IMG/VR virus record: IMGVR_UViG_3300030107_005396
From: an uncultured virus (IMG/VR IMGVR_UViG_3300030107_005396)
Lineage: Duplodnaviria > Heunggongvirae > Uroviricota > Caudoviricetes
Strand: one strand, 5' to 3'
Length of the DNA: 64,000 bases
Shown: positions 27,443 through 39,154 of the stretch, piece by piece
Layout of the letters: each line of letters begins with the position of its first letter
Numbering within the stretch: the first letter of the stretch is position 1
Program-made: the position numbers and the translations under genes
Notes under the pieces: generated by a model
Told to the model about the DNA's origin: nothing
Seen by the model: the letters and a program-made list of their open reading frames with translations, nothing else
Database searches by the model: none

Positions 27443-30400
27443 ATGGCGTTATTTACAGAAAAATCTCTCAAGCTTATGCCGTCAACTGCGTTGACCGGTC
27501 TTAGTAATGCGTTATTAGTAGATAAAGAGAAAAAACTCACGGACTTGCAAACTTTAAATGCTAAATTAGCTAAATTGCAAGGAGTATCCGTCATGACTAC
27601 CCCAACAGGGGGGAGGGTAACTGTAACCAACCCGGCTAAAGAGAATGCAGTTGCGGATAAAGCGGGTATGGCAGGAGGTTCGGTTGCATGGTCTAATGGA
27701 GCTTCAGTAATGAACTCCTCTTTAACCAATCCTACTGAAGCCCCCGTCTTTGTTCCAGGGACTGTTGAAGAAGGAACCACCTCACAAGATGTTAAGGAAA
27801 TGACCACAGAAATAAATTCTTATTTCGAAGGGGGTCCACTCCCAAAAAGCGCTACTTCCCCTATCGCCCAATCTAAAATTAGTACTCTCACATTAAAAAG
27901 AGGAGATTTACAAAATAAAATTGACGAGATAAGTCTTACACAACAATTAATTAGTGAAATCTTAGATAAACGAGCTAATGGAGAGCTTTTTGAGCCTAAA
28001 TTGAATTTAAGTGCTTTAGATATGGAAGCTTTGACCCCAACTCTCAGGAACCAAGTAGAGTCGGTAATAGAAGATACTAATGAATTTGTCACTAACCAAA
28101 TTGTCGCTCCCTTCGCGGCTAATCAGTTACTGTTAAACGCCTTGAATGCACAATTATCAGGGCTCGATGTCTTTTCTCCGGTGTTTGATTTGGATTATGG
28201 TCCGCCTATCTCGGCAGGCAATAAATTTGTGCTGTCCGAAGATGGTTTATATTATAATTCCCGAACTGAACCTGTTCCCGACCTCACCCCTATGCCCACC
28301 TCCGGTGATATGTGGACGCTAGAATATGCTTCTAATGTTGGCGGTCGAGGAGTGTCGTTCTCAGAAGAAGATGGAATTGATGGAGCAGGCACTATTTTTA
28401 ATCTGAATGATGATATAGGGAAAACAAATCCCAGGGTCCTTCAGTTTTATGAGTACGATGACGTACTTCAACAGTTTAAGGATGATAAACAAGCGCAAAT
28501 GTTAGAAGTTTCCGGACATATAACTGAAATTTTAGCCAATGGGTACGCTGCTTCCGATGCTGTAGTGCAGAGTTATACTTCTCAACTAGGAACGGTTGCT
28601 TCTTTGTACGATAAAAAAATAAAAAAGCGTCAACGTCAATTAGAAATAGCTGCGATTTATGGAAGAAGTACGTTTTTTGTTACAGGCAGACAGCACCCTT
28701 TAGGACAAGGTTTGTTTTTTAAGTTTATACCGGCGTCGGGTAAAGCATTTGAATATAAATTAGCATGGAAACAACTTCCGGACCATTTAAAAAGCGTTTA
28801 TTTTGCCACCTTAGAGGGAGGACAAACGGTCGCATGGGACCGCAACACTTCAGAGATTGTAGATGTTCCTAACAGAGAAGCTATCGTAGCACAAACCGGT
28901 ATGTGGGAGGAAATCCCTCGTATTCCAATTAACGATTTTTCGTATTTGAAAGAGGCGGACGTACCCTTACCACTCCAGAAAAAATTAACTTTATTTTCTG
29001 AAGACCTCGATACGATTATAGCTCCTTACCAAGCCAAGTACGTGGTCGCCCCTCAATCATTACCTGAAAATTTCACAGATAAATTGTCTGTGGATATGAT
29101 TGGGTATGGGGATTGGGTACACCGAGAAGGCGGGTACTCAGGTATATCTAGCACCTCTCTAAGTGCGCAAGGCCCTCTTTTTAAATCTTTAACTGATGAT
29201 ATTGTAGCCGACCAATTACTGACTTGTTACAACTTTTTAGACCCAGCTGCTGTAACCCAAGCTTCGTCAAATATTTACGCACTTAATAACGCGGCAGAAG
29301 GCTCAACTCGATTGGATGCTAAACTGGTAGGACATAATAGAAATTTTGTTTACCCTAAGGGAGTAGGTACAGCGTTTTTAGGAGGGACGATAGTAGATGG
29401 CCGAGCAACAATGGACCAAACTTGGGAAGAAGTGTATGGTTCTTATGTTCGTCTCCCCAATAATGCTAAAGATTACGCAGAATACAAGTTACCCTACAAC
29501 GGAAGCAAGGAGTTAGATAACCTATTCTATAATCAAGACGGGGTAACCTTTGATTTCTGGGCGTATGTCCCTAACGTTCACTCTGATATGACCGATAGAC
29601 ATCGATATAGGTTAGTTTTAGCTAATGAAAACAGCGGACCTGTCAATTCTAATTATATTACTGCGAATATTAATAGAGTAAGTAGAACCAATGTAGGTAG
29701 CACTGCGTTTTTAGGAGACACCGGAACCACCGACACCTCCCGTACGATAGGTATGATTATGGGCTGGCGTGACCGGGGTTCCCCGGAGGAAACTTCTAAC
29801 TTCGAATCCAGCGGCTTGGAATTTATAATTGCTCCTACCGTTGGACAGAATCAAAAATATACAGATAACCCTGATAAATCTTGGGGTCATAGTATTTGTA
29901 TAGCAGATTCTTATAGTGGAACCGTAGCACCTACATCAGGAGATGTTACACAATATGGAATGTATATTCCAAGCGCTCTAACAAATAATTCAGGGTCATC
30001 AATTGCGGACGTAGAGGATAAATTTGTTCATTTCAATATAGCTTTTGATTACCAAGCTAATGAAGTAAGGATTGCTTTGAATGGTGAACACCTAACAACA
30101 TCGTCTTTAAGAGAAACTTTAGGTGGAGACCCTTCGAACAGCGTTACCCCGACTGCTGTTAAATTTCCTCCGGCAAATACGGTGCCGGGAGACCCTAGAA
30201 CACAATCATTCTTAGGACGAGGAGTACGACAAGAAAGCGTCTCAGATTCTAATGTGAGGTTCCCGGTCTTCACCCCGTGGATTATAGGAGGAGGCTACTC
30301 CGACACTATACCTAAGGTAAAAGGAAGTAATTTTAGACCGATGGGCTTTTTAGGAAGTAACACTAATAATACGTATCAAGGGACGAGTTATAATAGTGAT

Positions 30401-30655
30401 TTAGTTAAAATGGATATAGGTAGTGGAGCGTCTATGGTAAAAGGTATAGCAGGTCAACACGTCCCTCCCCTTTCTAATTATGAAGGAGGTAGTACCGGGG
30501 CTAGTAATAAGAAATTTATGCGTAGTGGTTTGGATGGGTACATCGGTAGTTTTAAGATTTACCGAAAACCTCTATCTACTAAAGAGGCAAAGAAAAATTT
30601 TGATGCTCAAAAAGGGTTCTTTGAAAATGTCGTATTAGCCTCAGGAGAGAAATAA
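27443..30655 (+). CDS. virion structural protein with C-terminal ConA/LamG-like domain
   Basis: TFDFWAYVP, FVHFNIAFD, ALNG, LDGYIGSFKIY..PLS; CTAAATA upstream. Confidence 0.65.
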   Translation: MALFTEKSLKLMPSTALTGLSNALLVDKEKKLTDLQTLNAKLAKLQGVSVMTTPTGGRVTVTNPAKENAVADKAGMAGGSVAWSNGASVMNSSLTNPTEAPVFVPGTVEEGTTSQDVKEMTTEINSYFEGGPLPKSATSPIAQSKISTLTLKRGDLQNKIDEISLTQQLISEILDKRANGELFEPKLNLSALDMEALTPTLRNQVESVIEDTNEFVTNQIVAPFAANQLLLNALNAQLSGLDVFSPVFDLDYGPPISAGNKFVLSEDGLYYNSRTEPVPDLTPMPTSGDMWTLEYASNVGGRGVSFSEEDGIDGAGTIFNLNDDIGKTNPRVLQFYEYDDVLQQFKDDKQAQMLEVSGHITEILANGYAASDAVVQSYTSQLGTVASLYDKKIKKRQRQLEIAAIYGRSTFFVTGRQHPLGQGLFFKFIPASGKAFEYKLAWKQLPDHLKSVYFATLEGGQTVAWDRNTSEIVDVPNREAIVAQTGMWEEIPRIPINDFSYLKEADVPLPLQKKLTLFSEDLDTIIAPYQAKYVVAPQSLPENFTDKLSVDMIGYGDWVHREGGYSGISSTSLSAQGPLFKSLTDDIVADQLLTCYNFLDPAAVTQASSNIYALNNAAEGSTRLDAKLVGHNRNFVYPKGVGTAFLGGTIVDGRATMDQTWEEVYGSYVRLPNNAKDYAEYKLPYNGSKELDNLFYNQDGVTFDFWAYVPNVHSDMTDRHRYRLVLANENSGPVNSNYITANINRVSRTNVGSTAFLGDTGTTDTSRTIGMIMGWRDRGSPEETSNFESSGLEFIIAPTVGQNQKYTDNPDKSWGHSICIADSYSGTVAPTSGDVTQYGMYIPSALTNNSGSSIADVEDKFVHFNIAFDYQANEVRIALNGEHLTTSSLRETLGGDPSNSVTPTAVKFPPANTVPGDPRTQSFLGRGVRQESVSDSNVRFPVFTPWIIGGGYSDTIPKVKGSNFRPMGFLGSNTNNTYQGTSYNSDLVKMDIGSGASMVKGIAGQHVPPLSNYEGGSTGASNKKFMRSGLDGYIGSFKIYRKPLSTKEAKKNFDAQKGFFENVVLASGEK

Positions 30656-31065
30656 TGCCCAACTTTGATTTAGAATATTTAAAAACACCTGCTAAAAAAA
30701 GCATATTAGGTCTATCATTTCCGATGAGAAATGATGGTGTCGGAGGGTTTTTAACCTCTAATGAAAATTTAGGAAGTCTCCGCGATTGTGTTATCCAACT
30801 CATAATGACGCCCCGTGGAGCACGAGTATTCCGACCAGATTATGGTACGGATTTAAGAGGTTCCGTGTTTGAATTAATGGATACCAGTTTATTAAACACT
30901 CTTAAAAATCAAATTTCAACTACTATTGCCAAATATGAACCAAGGGTAATCGTAAATAGTTTAGTAGTAGATGCAGACGTTGAACGTCATAAAATTGTAG
31001 TGCAGTTAAGTCTTTCTTCAAAAGATGATTTACTGAATAGCCAAATGGTGGAGGTATTTGTATGA
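30655..31065 (+). CDS. gp25: baseplate wedge / sheath initiator (gp25 / gpW)
   Basis: LIMTPRGARVFRPDYGT, IAKYEPRV. Confidence 0.93.
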   Translation: MPNFDLEYLKTPAKKSILGLSFPMRNDGVGGFLTSNENLGSLRDCVIQLIMTPRGARVFRPDYGTDLRGSVFELMDTSLLNTLKNQISTTIAKYEPRVIVNSLVVDADVERHKIVVQLSLSSKDDLLNSQMVEVFV

Positions 31066-32681
31066 GCCAAGAAGATTATACCCGCTTTTTTCAAGGTCTT
31101 TATAATACATCAGGGTTTGATGGTACTATAGAGTCCGATTTTCTTAAATTGGGTAACGTTCCTGATGATAGAAAAGAAAATTTAATTGATTATAACTTAA
31201 AAGGTTTTGATGATTACCGTGTAGCATTACAAAATTATTTAAAAGCAGTTTACCCGTTAGATTATAATAACTTCGCAGCATCCGATTTAGGTCAAATGCT
31301 TCTCGAAATGTTTGCTTACATGGCTTCGGTTCTTACTTTGCGGGCGGATATGACCGCGAACGAAATGTATTTGGACACAGTTAAAACGGAAAGCAACCTT
31401 AAAAGATTGCTTCAGTTGATTGGAGTAAGTATGAAAGGTCCTACTTCTTCAAAAGCAACTGGAAAACTCACTTTAGCCGCCGGAACAACAGTTCCTGGAG
31501 GTGGTGTAACGATTAAAAATGAAAATCGCTCGTTAGATATAGTTAATCAGAGAAATTCTACACCTCTAACTTACACAATTTTCAACCAACAAAGTAACGG
31601 AAGATTAGATTTGTGGAGTACTGACGTTAATATCCCTCAATCTGATTTTAGTGATAATACCACCCAGAATTTATTTCTATTGGAAGGGTCATTACAATCA
31701 CAGGCGGGTTCTTTTACTGCAGGAGTTTCTAGACAAACTATTACTATTAAAAACGGTCCCGTTATTGAAGGAAGTATCGGCGTCTCATCAACTGAAAGCG
31801 GTGGTACTGAATATAATGAAATATCAAATCTCTTCGTAGCATCTGGAGGCGCCGACCCAGTATTTGAAAAAACCTACACTGATGGGTTTGGAGCAGTCCT
31901 CACCTTTGGGGATGGTGTTCGTGGCAGGCTACCGTCTCCCGGAGCCAATTTTGTAGTAACTTATCGTAGGGGCGGTGGAGTTAATGGTAATATTGTGCGC
32001 AATAATATAAACCAAGACATAAATTGTGTTATAGGTTCGACGACAGTACAAGCAAATCTAACAAATATTACTCAAGGAACGGGAGGAACCCCCGCTGAAA
32101 GTGTAGAACATGCCAAACGATATGCTCCTTACTTCTTCCGTACCCAGTACCGGGCTGTTACCGGAGAAGATTACAACACTTTAGCCAACACGTTCGTTGG
32201 AAATGCAGGACAGACTGCCAAAGCTATGGCTGTTTTAAGAAAGAATGGAGCTGCGGCTAACGTTATAGATTTGTATGTCCTCGCTAAAGCAACTGAAAAT
32301 CAATTAGAACGAGCTTCAGTAGCTTTCAAAAAAGAATTATTGGACTATTTCCAAAATTACAAAATGTTAACGGATGAAATCGTTGTCTCAGACGGCGTGG
32401 TCCGTACTCTCGATATTGTAGCTACTCTTTACATAGACAAATCAAAAAGAGCTTTTGCTGATTCCATAAAACAAAAAGCAGCTAATAAATTAGTGGAGTA
32501 TTTTAGCGTAGACAATGTTGATTTTGGAGAAAAGATTTCTTTGGCTGATGTAACAAATACTATGTTAACTGTTCCTGAGATTCGGTTCTTTAATATTGAT
32601 AATTTAGAAAAAGATATTTATGTTAATTTTAATGAAATCGTTCAATTAAATAATTTTGAGTTTACAGTAGAGCTAGTATAA
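31062..32681 (+). CDS. gp6: baseplate wedge subunit (gp6 / gpJ)
   Basis: SDLGQMLLEMFAY, NEMYLDT, FGDGVRG, YRRGGG..GN, QYRAVTGEDY. Confidence 0.92.
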   Translation: MSQEDYTRFFQGLYNTSGFDGTIESDFLKLGNVPDDRKENLIDYNLKGFDDYRVALQNYLKAVYPLDYNNFAASDLGQMLLEMFAYMASVLTLRADMTANEMYLDTVKTESNLKRLLQLIGVSMKGPTSSKATGKLTLAAGTTVPGGGVTIKNENRSLDIVNQRNSTPLTYTIFNQQSNGRLDLWSTDVNIPQSDFSDNTTQNLFLLEGSLQSQAGSFTAGVSRQTITIKNGPVIEGSIGVSSTESGGTEYNEISNLFVASGGADPVFEKTYTDGFGAVLTFGDGVRGRLPSPGANFVVTYRRGGGVNGNIVRNNINQDINCVIGSTTVQANLTNITQGTGGTPAESVEHAKRYAPYFFRTQYRAVTGEDYNTLANTFVGNAGQTAKAMAVLRKNGAAANVIDLYVLAKATENQLERASVAFKKELLDYFQNYKMLTDEIVVSDGVVRTLDIVATLYIDKSKRAFADSIKQKAANKLVEYFSVDNVDFGEKISLADVTNTMLTVPEIRFFNIDNLEKDIYVNFNEIVQLNNFEFTVELV

Positions 32682-35600
32682 TGACTTCGGACAAGGGACC
32701 CAACCAACAACACTTTAAAGCTAATTACATAGAAGTACTTAAGCGGGTGGTACCTGAATTTTATGAGGAGACTGAATATAGATTATTTGGAGAAGAAGAA
32801 GATTTGCAATACAATGTGCTTGCAAAAATACTTTACACAGCTAAAAGCATCTCAGGTTTAATTGGAGCTCCAGAAACAATTGGAGGAGACCCTCCTTCTG
32901 AATTAGGATTATTTGCTTCTTCATTTAGTTCTAATTTAAATTACGTCCCTTACTTTGTACCTTTTAACGACCTAACCGATGTCACCCCAGCTAAATTTGA
33001 GAGAAATATATTAGCTCCGCTTGGAAAAAAGTTTGCGGATTTTACTAACGTAACCGAGTTTAGCTCTTTTATGTTAACGAGTGGACTACCTTTAACACAT
33101 TTTAATTTAGTAGACCCGTCTTTTGCGGGAGGTTACTCCGCTTTAGTCGATAACAGTGTATCAACCATACCCCTTGCTCAGAAACGTTTGATGGATGAGC
33201 TTGGTATGGTGTATTTTTTAAATACGAGTGGGCGAGTGGATGACGCAGCCTCAGTCCCTCCTAGTTCCGTACTTCTAAGTTCTTTAAGTGAAGATTTGTT
33301 TTACGGCAAACCTATACAGACATCGGATTCCGTCAAAATGATTTTTAAGTGGCTGATGACCAACTGTATTGGAGGAGGAAGTGCTTGGACGGGAGTTGCG
33401 GCTAATCACCTACCCGCGCCCTTTAATTCTCCATCATCGACTCACAGCGACAATTTTTGGGCGTCTGGCAACCAGTTAGTAAGCTCATTAAACACTATGG
33501 TAGATGTTTGGGTAAACGAGAATGACCCGAATTCCCTTTACTTCCGAGACATTGTTAATGCATCCCTTTTAGGTTTAAATGTTAAGAGGATGGAGAATGC
33601 AGGTCCTATGGGTAAAATGCTCAAAGCATTAGCCTACGCGTTTTATGATGTCCAAGATACCGTTAGGGACGTGCAGTTTCTTCTGGATATAGAAGAGTGT
33701 CCGGAGGAATTTTTAGAATATTTAGGAAGGTACTTAGGGTGGACTTTCTTCACGGAGGACCCAGACCAGTGGAGACAGCAGTTAAAAGAAGCTATTTATC
33801 TCTATAAAGCTAAAGGTACGAGACAGGCACTCGTTAATGCCGTAAACATGGTTATACCGTCTTCTGTGTATAACCCAGTAGACGCAACTTCCGGTCTTCA
33901 AGAATTGTGGGAAACTTATTTTCCTAATATAATTTATTACACTATTAAAACGGAGACCGATTTAGCTACTAACCTAGAATCTTATAGGACTTTAGCCCAA
34001 ACTTGGAACACCAGTCTCCAATCTTCAGGAATTAATATAACGTTAAATAATTATGACCCCAACAATCCCGATAATAATGCTCGATTCTTGGTTGATTATA
34101 TCTTAGAGTATCTAAATTACAAAAATAACTTTTTAGATATCGGTTCCGCATCTTCCTATAAGGACACTTCTTTTTGGCAGTCTCAAGTAAGCGCCAATAA
34201 TGTTCCGTATTATTATTCACGTGGAGGGAAATTAAGAATACCTCCATGGGAGGAAAATAGATTTTATGATAACGCTCAACTAAACGAGCCTATTATTAGG
34301 GACTTCTCTTCTCTCTTAGGACGCAATACAGCCAACGTCGGATTAGGGTTACCTACATCTTCCTGTCATGAGATAGGAGAGTTTTTATCTAGTTCGATAG
34401 GTATGACCGAGATAGAACCGTTCTCGGAACCAAGATTTGGAGCTAATAACACATTTAAATTTATGACCTCTGAATTAAAACTTCCTTTTAATTATCATCA
34501 GGTTATAGAAGATGGCAATTTAGAGGGGATGTCTGTTTTTGATTATTGGAACAGTAAATCCTCTGAGGTTAACACTAAAATACATTTGTCGTCCATAGAC
34601 TTTTCGGCAAATAATTATATCAATATAGACCGTAGTAAGATAGGACGTAAAGGTATACCTTCTATCATTTCCATTTTTAGACAGTTTGCTCCATTCCACG
34701 TTCTTAACAGAATTTATGCGGGTTCCGGATTATATGATTGGTATTATGGAAGCAGAAATGGTCCTGAAGGAGACGCTAATTATAATAAACCTTGGTCAGG
34801 AATAAACGACATAGAAATTATAAACACTATTCAAAGTGATTCCGACCAATTTAATAGTACGTATAGGTTTGACGCTTTTGGTCTTACTAACGGTTCCAAT
34901 GTTTTTTCTGGGTTAATTTCACCGAGTATTTATAATCCTAAGCAAGGTAGGTTCATTCCATCCGCGACTAGAGATGATGACGGGGCTTACAGTGGGGGTG
35001 GTGTTTATCGCGTCCAACAACTGTCATCCAATCAATTACATGAGGCTAGACCTCAAGTAGCATTGGTTTCTGGCAATGACCCGTACTTTTCACGTATAGC
35101 TGTAACCACTGAAACTTCAGCCGCTGGCGGTAATATAGGGGATATTGTTTTAACCATAGCTGATATGAATCCTATGGATACTCATGAGTATGCTGCTCAT
35201 CCCGTAGGGGGACAGTTAACTTTAACCAAAGGAACTTCCAACAGTCCGTTAACGAATGTTGAACTTCCTACCCGTATTAAATTAGACCCTGCTTTGACAG
35301 TAGGTGATGTCGCTGCTAGAGCTAGAGGACAACACCATGCAATCGTAGCTTCCAATTTTTACGGAGATATTGTAATTGCAAGCCAAGCCGTAAGTGGTCC
35401 TCATACAGGACTTACTCCGTCTTCTAACTTAATTCAAGTCGCTGTAGGGGTATGGAACGAAACAGATAAAAACTATGATTTTTCTGGAAATGTTATGGTT
35501 CAATCTCCACATTCCCTCGACCCGACGGTGGGAGGGTTATGGAACTGTACTTATCCAGTGGTTGCTGCCAATGGAGACAACGGTTTCACCGTTGCTTGGA

Positions 35601-38600
35601 TGAATGAAAACATTAGGAATGCTTCAGGCGCGTGTGTATCGGTTTGTCGAGTAGACACTAGAGACAATACGGGAGCGAGACGTTGGCCGCCAATGATAAA
35701 CTCTCATAAGTTCTATAATGGAACTGCGGCTACGATAGCCGGTTATCAAATTGACCATAACTTAAGTGCTCACTGGTGCCCTAGAGTAGATGCTTTAGGT
35801 TTCCCGGCAAGTGGATGGGGTTTTGGGGCAAAAAACAAATGTGTATCCGCATCTTTAATAACGTATGCTGAGTCAACTGGCGCCTCTTCTACATCTACCA
35901 ACACTTTCCCCGATGGTAGTACAGGAGCTAAACAAGCTTTCAAAGTGTTCGGAGCCCAAATAAATTGGACAGGAACGAATGCCGCTGGCACCCTTCACAA
36001 TAAAAAGCCTCAGATTACTGCCGCGGGTAACCCCTTTAAGACGACTTTTTGGGATGGTTTTGCAAATATGTCGTACCCGGGAAGTGTGATTAACCCTAAC
36101 ACAACATTAGATAAATGGGGTAATGTAGTCCTGTCGTATGACAGTTATGCTTCTAAAGACCGCGCTGGTTATGTATCCAATAACCAAGGAATAGTTTTAG
36201 TGTCCAGATGGGCTCGTCCGGACCGAGCAGACAAGTATACCGCAATTGAAGAAGTAAGTGCAGGAGCCTCTTGGAGCCATCCCTTTATTAAAGACAGCAG
36301 TTTTATAGACGGACTACCAAAGAGACGTAGTTGGACAGCAGGTTCCCCTTCGTCCACAGATTTAGATTTAGTGGCTTATCAATCTAGTTATCCAGCAGAT
36401 TCTGCAGATACAAGTTCATGGGGTGTTAGTAAAAGACTTAATTATCAAGTATCAACAGGAGCCACAGCTTGGCCATCTCCAAGTTTTAGGGATGGTCCTT
36501 TAGGTCCTCCTGCTGGTCCGACCCCTCTATTTGATAATCCTGTGGTATACGCAAGAAATGATTTTAGAGTTATTGCTGGCGCTTACCCAGCCGCCAGCGA
36601 TTCTACCCAGACATACTTGTTAACCACTAATTGGAACGCTCCGTTTTCTATTAAAGGTCGGGTTAACGCTCCTCGCACAGCGGGCCGTAGACGTGACCTT
36701 AAATATAAGTTTACTGGCTGGGCTAATACCCGTCGCGGTTTAGACCAACCTATGAACACTGATTATTTTGGAGCGGCAAGCGGGTCGTTAGCTACGGAAA
36801 ACAGACAACTGTGGGTATCAGGGTTTATCCCGAAAGGATTTAATTTTTCCTCACAACAATATGTAAGTACGAGTGGGTCTTTGTCCGCTGTATATTCTCA
36901 GTATAACACTTCAACAACTCCATTTTTTGAATTTGCCGCATCTTCTTGGTTCCCTGCCAGAGCTGTAGCCGACTTTGAAACGAACGCATCCAGTTGGAAT
37001 CAAATGAGGGATGTGTTTGGGTCTCAAATTTTGAGAGCTTTGACGAATATTTTTGTAAGACGTGGTAAAGTAGATGACAGATGGTTACAGTTCTCCGATA
37101 AAGGGTTTAATAATTTTAAATTTGGTCGAGGAATAATTCAACTTTATCAAGAATATAATAGAGTCTTCCGTAGGAACCTACGAAACTGGGTTCAAGGTGG
37201 GGTCTTACGAAAAGAAAATAAATATGCTGGAGGATTCAACATTTTATCCCATGTATTTGGTCCGATATTATTTAACAATGATTTCAGCGTAAAAGGTGAG
37301 TTGTTATACCAATTATCAGGAACAGCTATCAAATCTTTTGCTAGAGGTTCTGTTTCCTCTACGAACGCGGATTGGAGTTCGGTTGTAGCGACCGTAGCTA
37401 CTAACGACACTGATTTCTTCGTCAATGTTAACGGGGAGAGGAGCCGTCTATCCGACGGTATATTGCAGGCGGGAGCTTACGGGAGCTATGAACCGTTTAT
37501 AGATATGGTAGAAACAGATTCGGGGAGGAACTATTTTGCTAATAACATGTTGTTGTCGGGGATAGAAGTAGTGTCTCCACCAAGCAAAGCGTTGGCTGTG
37601 TGGAATAATGAAGACACTCTTTTCAATATAGATAAAACACGTTATGACGGGATTACATTATACAATAGAGAATCCATAGCATCCCCACAGGATTCAATGA
37701 GGGTACGTTTCCCTCTCAATGGTAATGCCAACTATTCTTATAACGGAACTTTCTTATTCCCTCCTCTTGATGAATTTTTACAAAATGCAGGCTTGTCCTC
37801 TATTGCTGGGTGGGGTTTAGGAGACCAGAACAGAACTCCGGATTTATTCTCCGCTGAAGAGCCTCATGCCGGAAGAAGTTCTTTAATCGCAACCTTCAGC
37901 GCGTATAACGGAAGCTCCATGAATTCGGTAACATTAGCCGCATCAGGACAAGGTCCAACATACGCCTTCGTGACTTCGGGTGTTTTAGGAAACAAAAACA
38001 ACCCCGCTCTTTTCACAGTGGTAACGCAACCATCCAAGAACACTCCTTCAAACCTACGACCCCTAGACCCCAATACCACTTACACTCTTAGTTTGGACGC
38101 ATCTTCCCAAGCAAATGGAGGAACTCCGTCCATTATGTACGCTGTACATAACATAAGCAAAAACCAACAATGGAACGCATTTAGTGAAACGTGGGAATCT
38201 ATGCTTACTCCATTATCGGCTAACATGGTGAGCGCGATGGTAAGTGGAATATCAGAAGAAGGAAAACTTTTCCCGACTTACACCGCGTCGTTTACCACAT
38301 CAAGCACATTTGAGAAAGGTGATAAGTATCAATTATGGATTACTCCCACAAACTCTGACGACGCCAAAACTCACACGGCTGTTATACGAAATATAAAAAC
38401 TGAAGTTGCGGATAACCCAGCGTACTTGAAAAAATGGAATGGTGTAGTAGGGAACAAATTATTCCCTAACCAAGAATATGAAGTGAATGTGCGAGCGCGA
38501 GTAGCCCAGATTTCTGAGCGCCCTTCTACCAGTCGTCTCGATGAAAATTTATACATGCGTGTGGTAGTAGGACCTAAGCCTTTTGTAGGTAATGGATGGG

Positions 38601-39154
38601 AACAATCCTTTGTACGTACCTGGGCTTATGATTGGCCGAGTAAAACTTGGGCTGAAGCTAACAACAATGTAGGGTCATCCCAATGGTTACGTATTCCAGT
38701 ATCTTCGACATCTCCTGAAGGAGACGTGTTTACAACTCAATTTGAAACTAAGAACTCGCGAACTCCTATTAAATATTATTCGAGGTCCGATGATACTGAG
38801 TTAGGCAGATACTTTGTGTCTGGAGGGTTGATACATGATTCTAATTCAGAATATTTTATTGAAATAACACAAGATTCTCAAGGGAACGAACTTTTACATG
38901 CAACAACTTTATTAGATGTAAATTTAATAAATAAAAACTATAATATGTATGCGGAGGATTATTCTCGTAGGGATTTTGTCGATGTGTTTGATTACTTTGA
39001 CGATTTAAATGTATCAAAATCATCTCGCGATGCTAGAGATTCATCAGGAACCTATCTAGTATCAGGAGGCTCCCGAAGTGAGTTTCTTTCGTGGTACGGA
39101 GGCAGTCACTCAGCCACAAACGGTGAATACGGATTTGTAGAAAATGAGAGGTAA
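32681..39154 (+). CDS. giant baseplate wedge protein (gp7 / P2 gpI-like domain), 2157 aa
   Basis: LLDIEECPEEFLEYLGRYLGW..LKEAIYLYKAKGTRQAL motif; follows gp6. Confidence 0.75.
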   Translation: MTSDKGPNQQHFKANYIEVLKRVVPEFYEETEYRLFGEEEDLQYNVLAKILYTAKSISGLIGAPETIGGDPPSELGLFASSFSSNLNYVPYFVPFNDLTDVTPAKFERNILAPLGKKFADFTNVTEFSSFMLTSGLPLTHFNLVDPSFAGGYSALVDNSVSTIPLAQKRLMDELGMVYFLNTSGRVDDAASVPPSSVLLSSLSEDLFYGKPIQTSDSVKMIFKWLMTNCIGGGSAWTGVAANHLPAPFNSPSSTHSDNFWASGNQLVSSLNTMVDVWVNENDPNSLYFRDIVNASLLGLNVKRMENAGPMGKMLKALAYAFYDVQDTVRDVQFLLDIEECPEEFLEYLGRYLGWTFFTEDPDQWRQQLKEAIYLYKAKGTRQALVNAVNMVIPSSVYNPVDATSGLQELWETYFPNIIYYTIKTETDLATNLESYRTLAQTWNTSLQSSGINITLNNYDPNNPDNNARFLVDYILEYLNYKNNFLDIGSASSYKDTSFWQSQVSANNVPYYYSRGGKLRIPPWEENRFYDNAQLNEPIIRDFSSLLGRNTANVGLGLPTSSCHEIGEFLSSSIGMTEIEPFSEPRFGANNTFKFMTSELKLPFNYHQVIEDGNLEGMSVFDYWNSKSSEVNTKIHLSSIDFSANNYINIDRSKIGRKGIPSIISIFRQFAPFHVLNRIYAGSGLYDWYYGSRNGPEGDANYNKPWSGINDIEIINTIQSDSDQFNSTYRFDAFGLTNGSNVFSGLISPSIYNPKQGRFIPSATRDDDGAYSGGGVYRVQQLSSNQLHEARPQVALVSGNDPYFSRIAVTTETSAAGGNIGDIVLTIADMNPMDTHEYAAHPVGGQLTLTKGTSNSPLTNVELPTRIKLDPALTVGDVAARARGQHHAIVASNFYGDIVIASQAVSGPHTGLTPSSNLIQVAVGVWNETDKNYDFSGNVMVQSPHSLDPTVGGLWNCTYPVVAANGDNGFTVAWMNENIRNASGACVSVCRVDTRDNTGARRWPPMINSHKFYNGTAATIAGYQIDHNLSAHWCPRVDALGFPASGWGFGAKNKCVSASLITYAESTGASSTSTNTFPDGSTGAKQAFKVFGAQINWTGTNAAGTLHNKKPQITAAGNPFKTTFWDGFANMSYPGSVINPNTTLDKWGNVVLSYDSYASKDRAGYVSNNQGIVLVSRWARPDRADKYTAIEEVSAGASWSHPFIKDSSFIDGLPKRRSWTAGSPSSTDLDLVAYQSSYPADSADTSSWGVSKRLNYQVSTGATAWPSPSFRDGPLGPPAGPTPLFDNPVVYARNDFRVIAGAYPAASDSTQTYLLTTNWNAPFSIKGRVNAPRTAGRRRDLKYKFTGWANTRRGLDQPMNTDYFGAASGSLATENRQLWVSGFIPKGFNFSSQQYVSTSGSLSAVYSQYNTSTTPFFEFAASSWFPARAVADFETNASSWNQMRDVFGSQILRALTNIFVRRGKVDDRWLQFSDKGFNNFKFGRGIIQLYQEYNRVFRRNLRNWVQGGVLRKENKYAGGFNILSHVFGPILFNNDFSVKGELLYQLSGTAIKSFARGSVSSTNADWSSVVATVATNDTDFFVNVNGERSRLSDGILQAGAYGSYEPFIDMVETDSGRNYFANNMLLSGIEVVSPPSKALAVWNNEDTLFNIDKTRYDGITLYNRESIASPQDSMRVRFPLNGNANYSYNGTFLFPPLDEFLQNAGLSSIAGWGLGDQNRTPDLFSAEEPHAGRSSLIATFSAYNGSSMNSVTLAASGQGPTYAFVTSGVLGNKNNPALFTVVTQPSKNTPSNLRPLDPNTTYTLSLDASSQANGGTPSIMYAVHNISKNQQWNAFSETWESMLTPLSANMVSAMVSGISEEGKLFPTYTASFTTSSTFEKGDKYQLWITPTNSDDAKTHTAVIRNIKTEVADNPAYLKKWNGVVGNKLFPNQEYEVNVRARVAQISERPSTSRLDENLYMRVVVGPKPFVGNGWEQSFVRTWAYDWPSKTWAEANNNVGSSQWLRIPVSSTSPEGDVFTTQFETKNSRTPIKYYSRSDDTELGRYFVSGGLIHDSNSEYFIEITQDSQGNELLHATTLLDVNLINKNYNMYAEDYSRRDFVDVFDYFDDLNVSKSSRDARDSSGTYLVSGGSRSEFLSWYGGSHSATNGEYGFVENER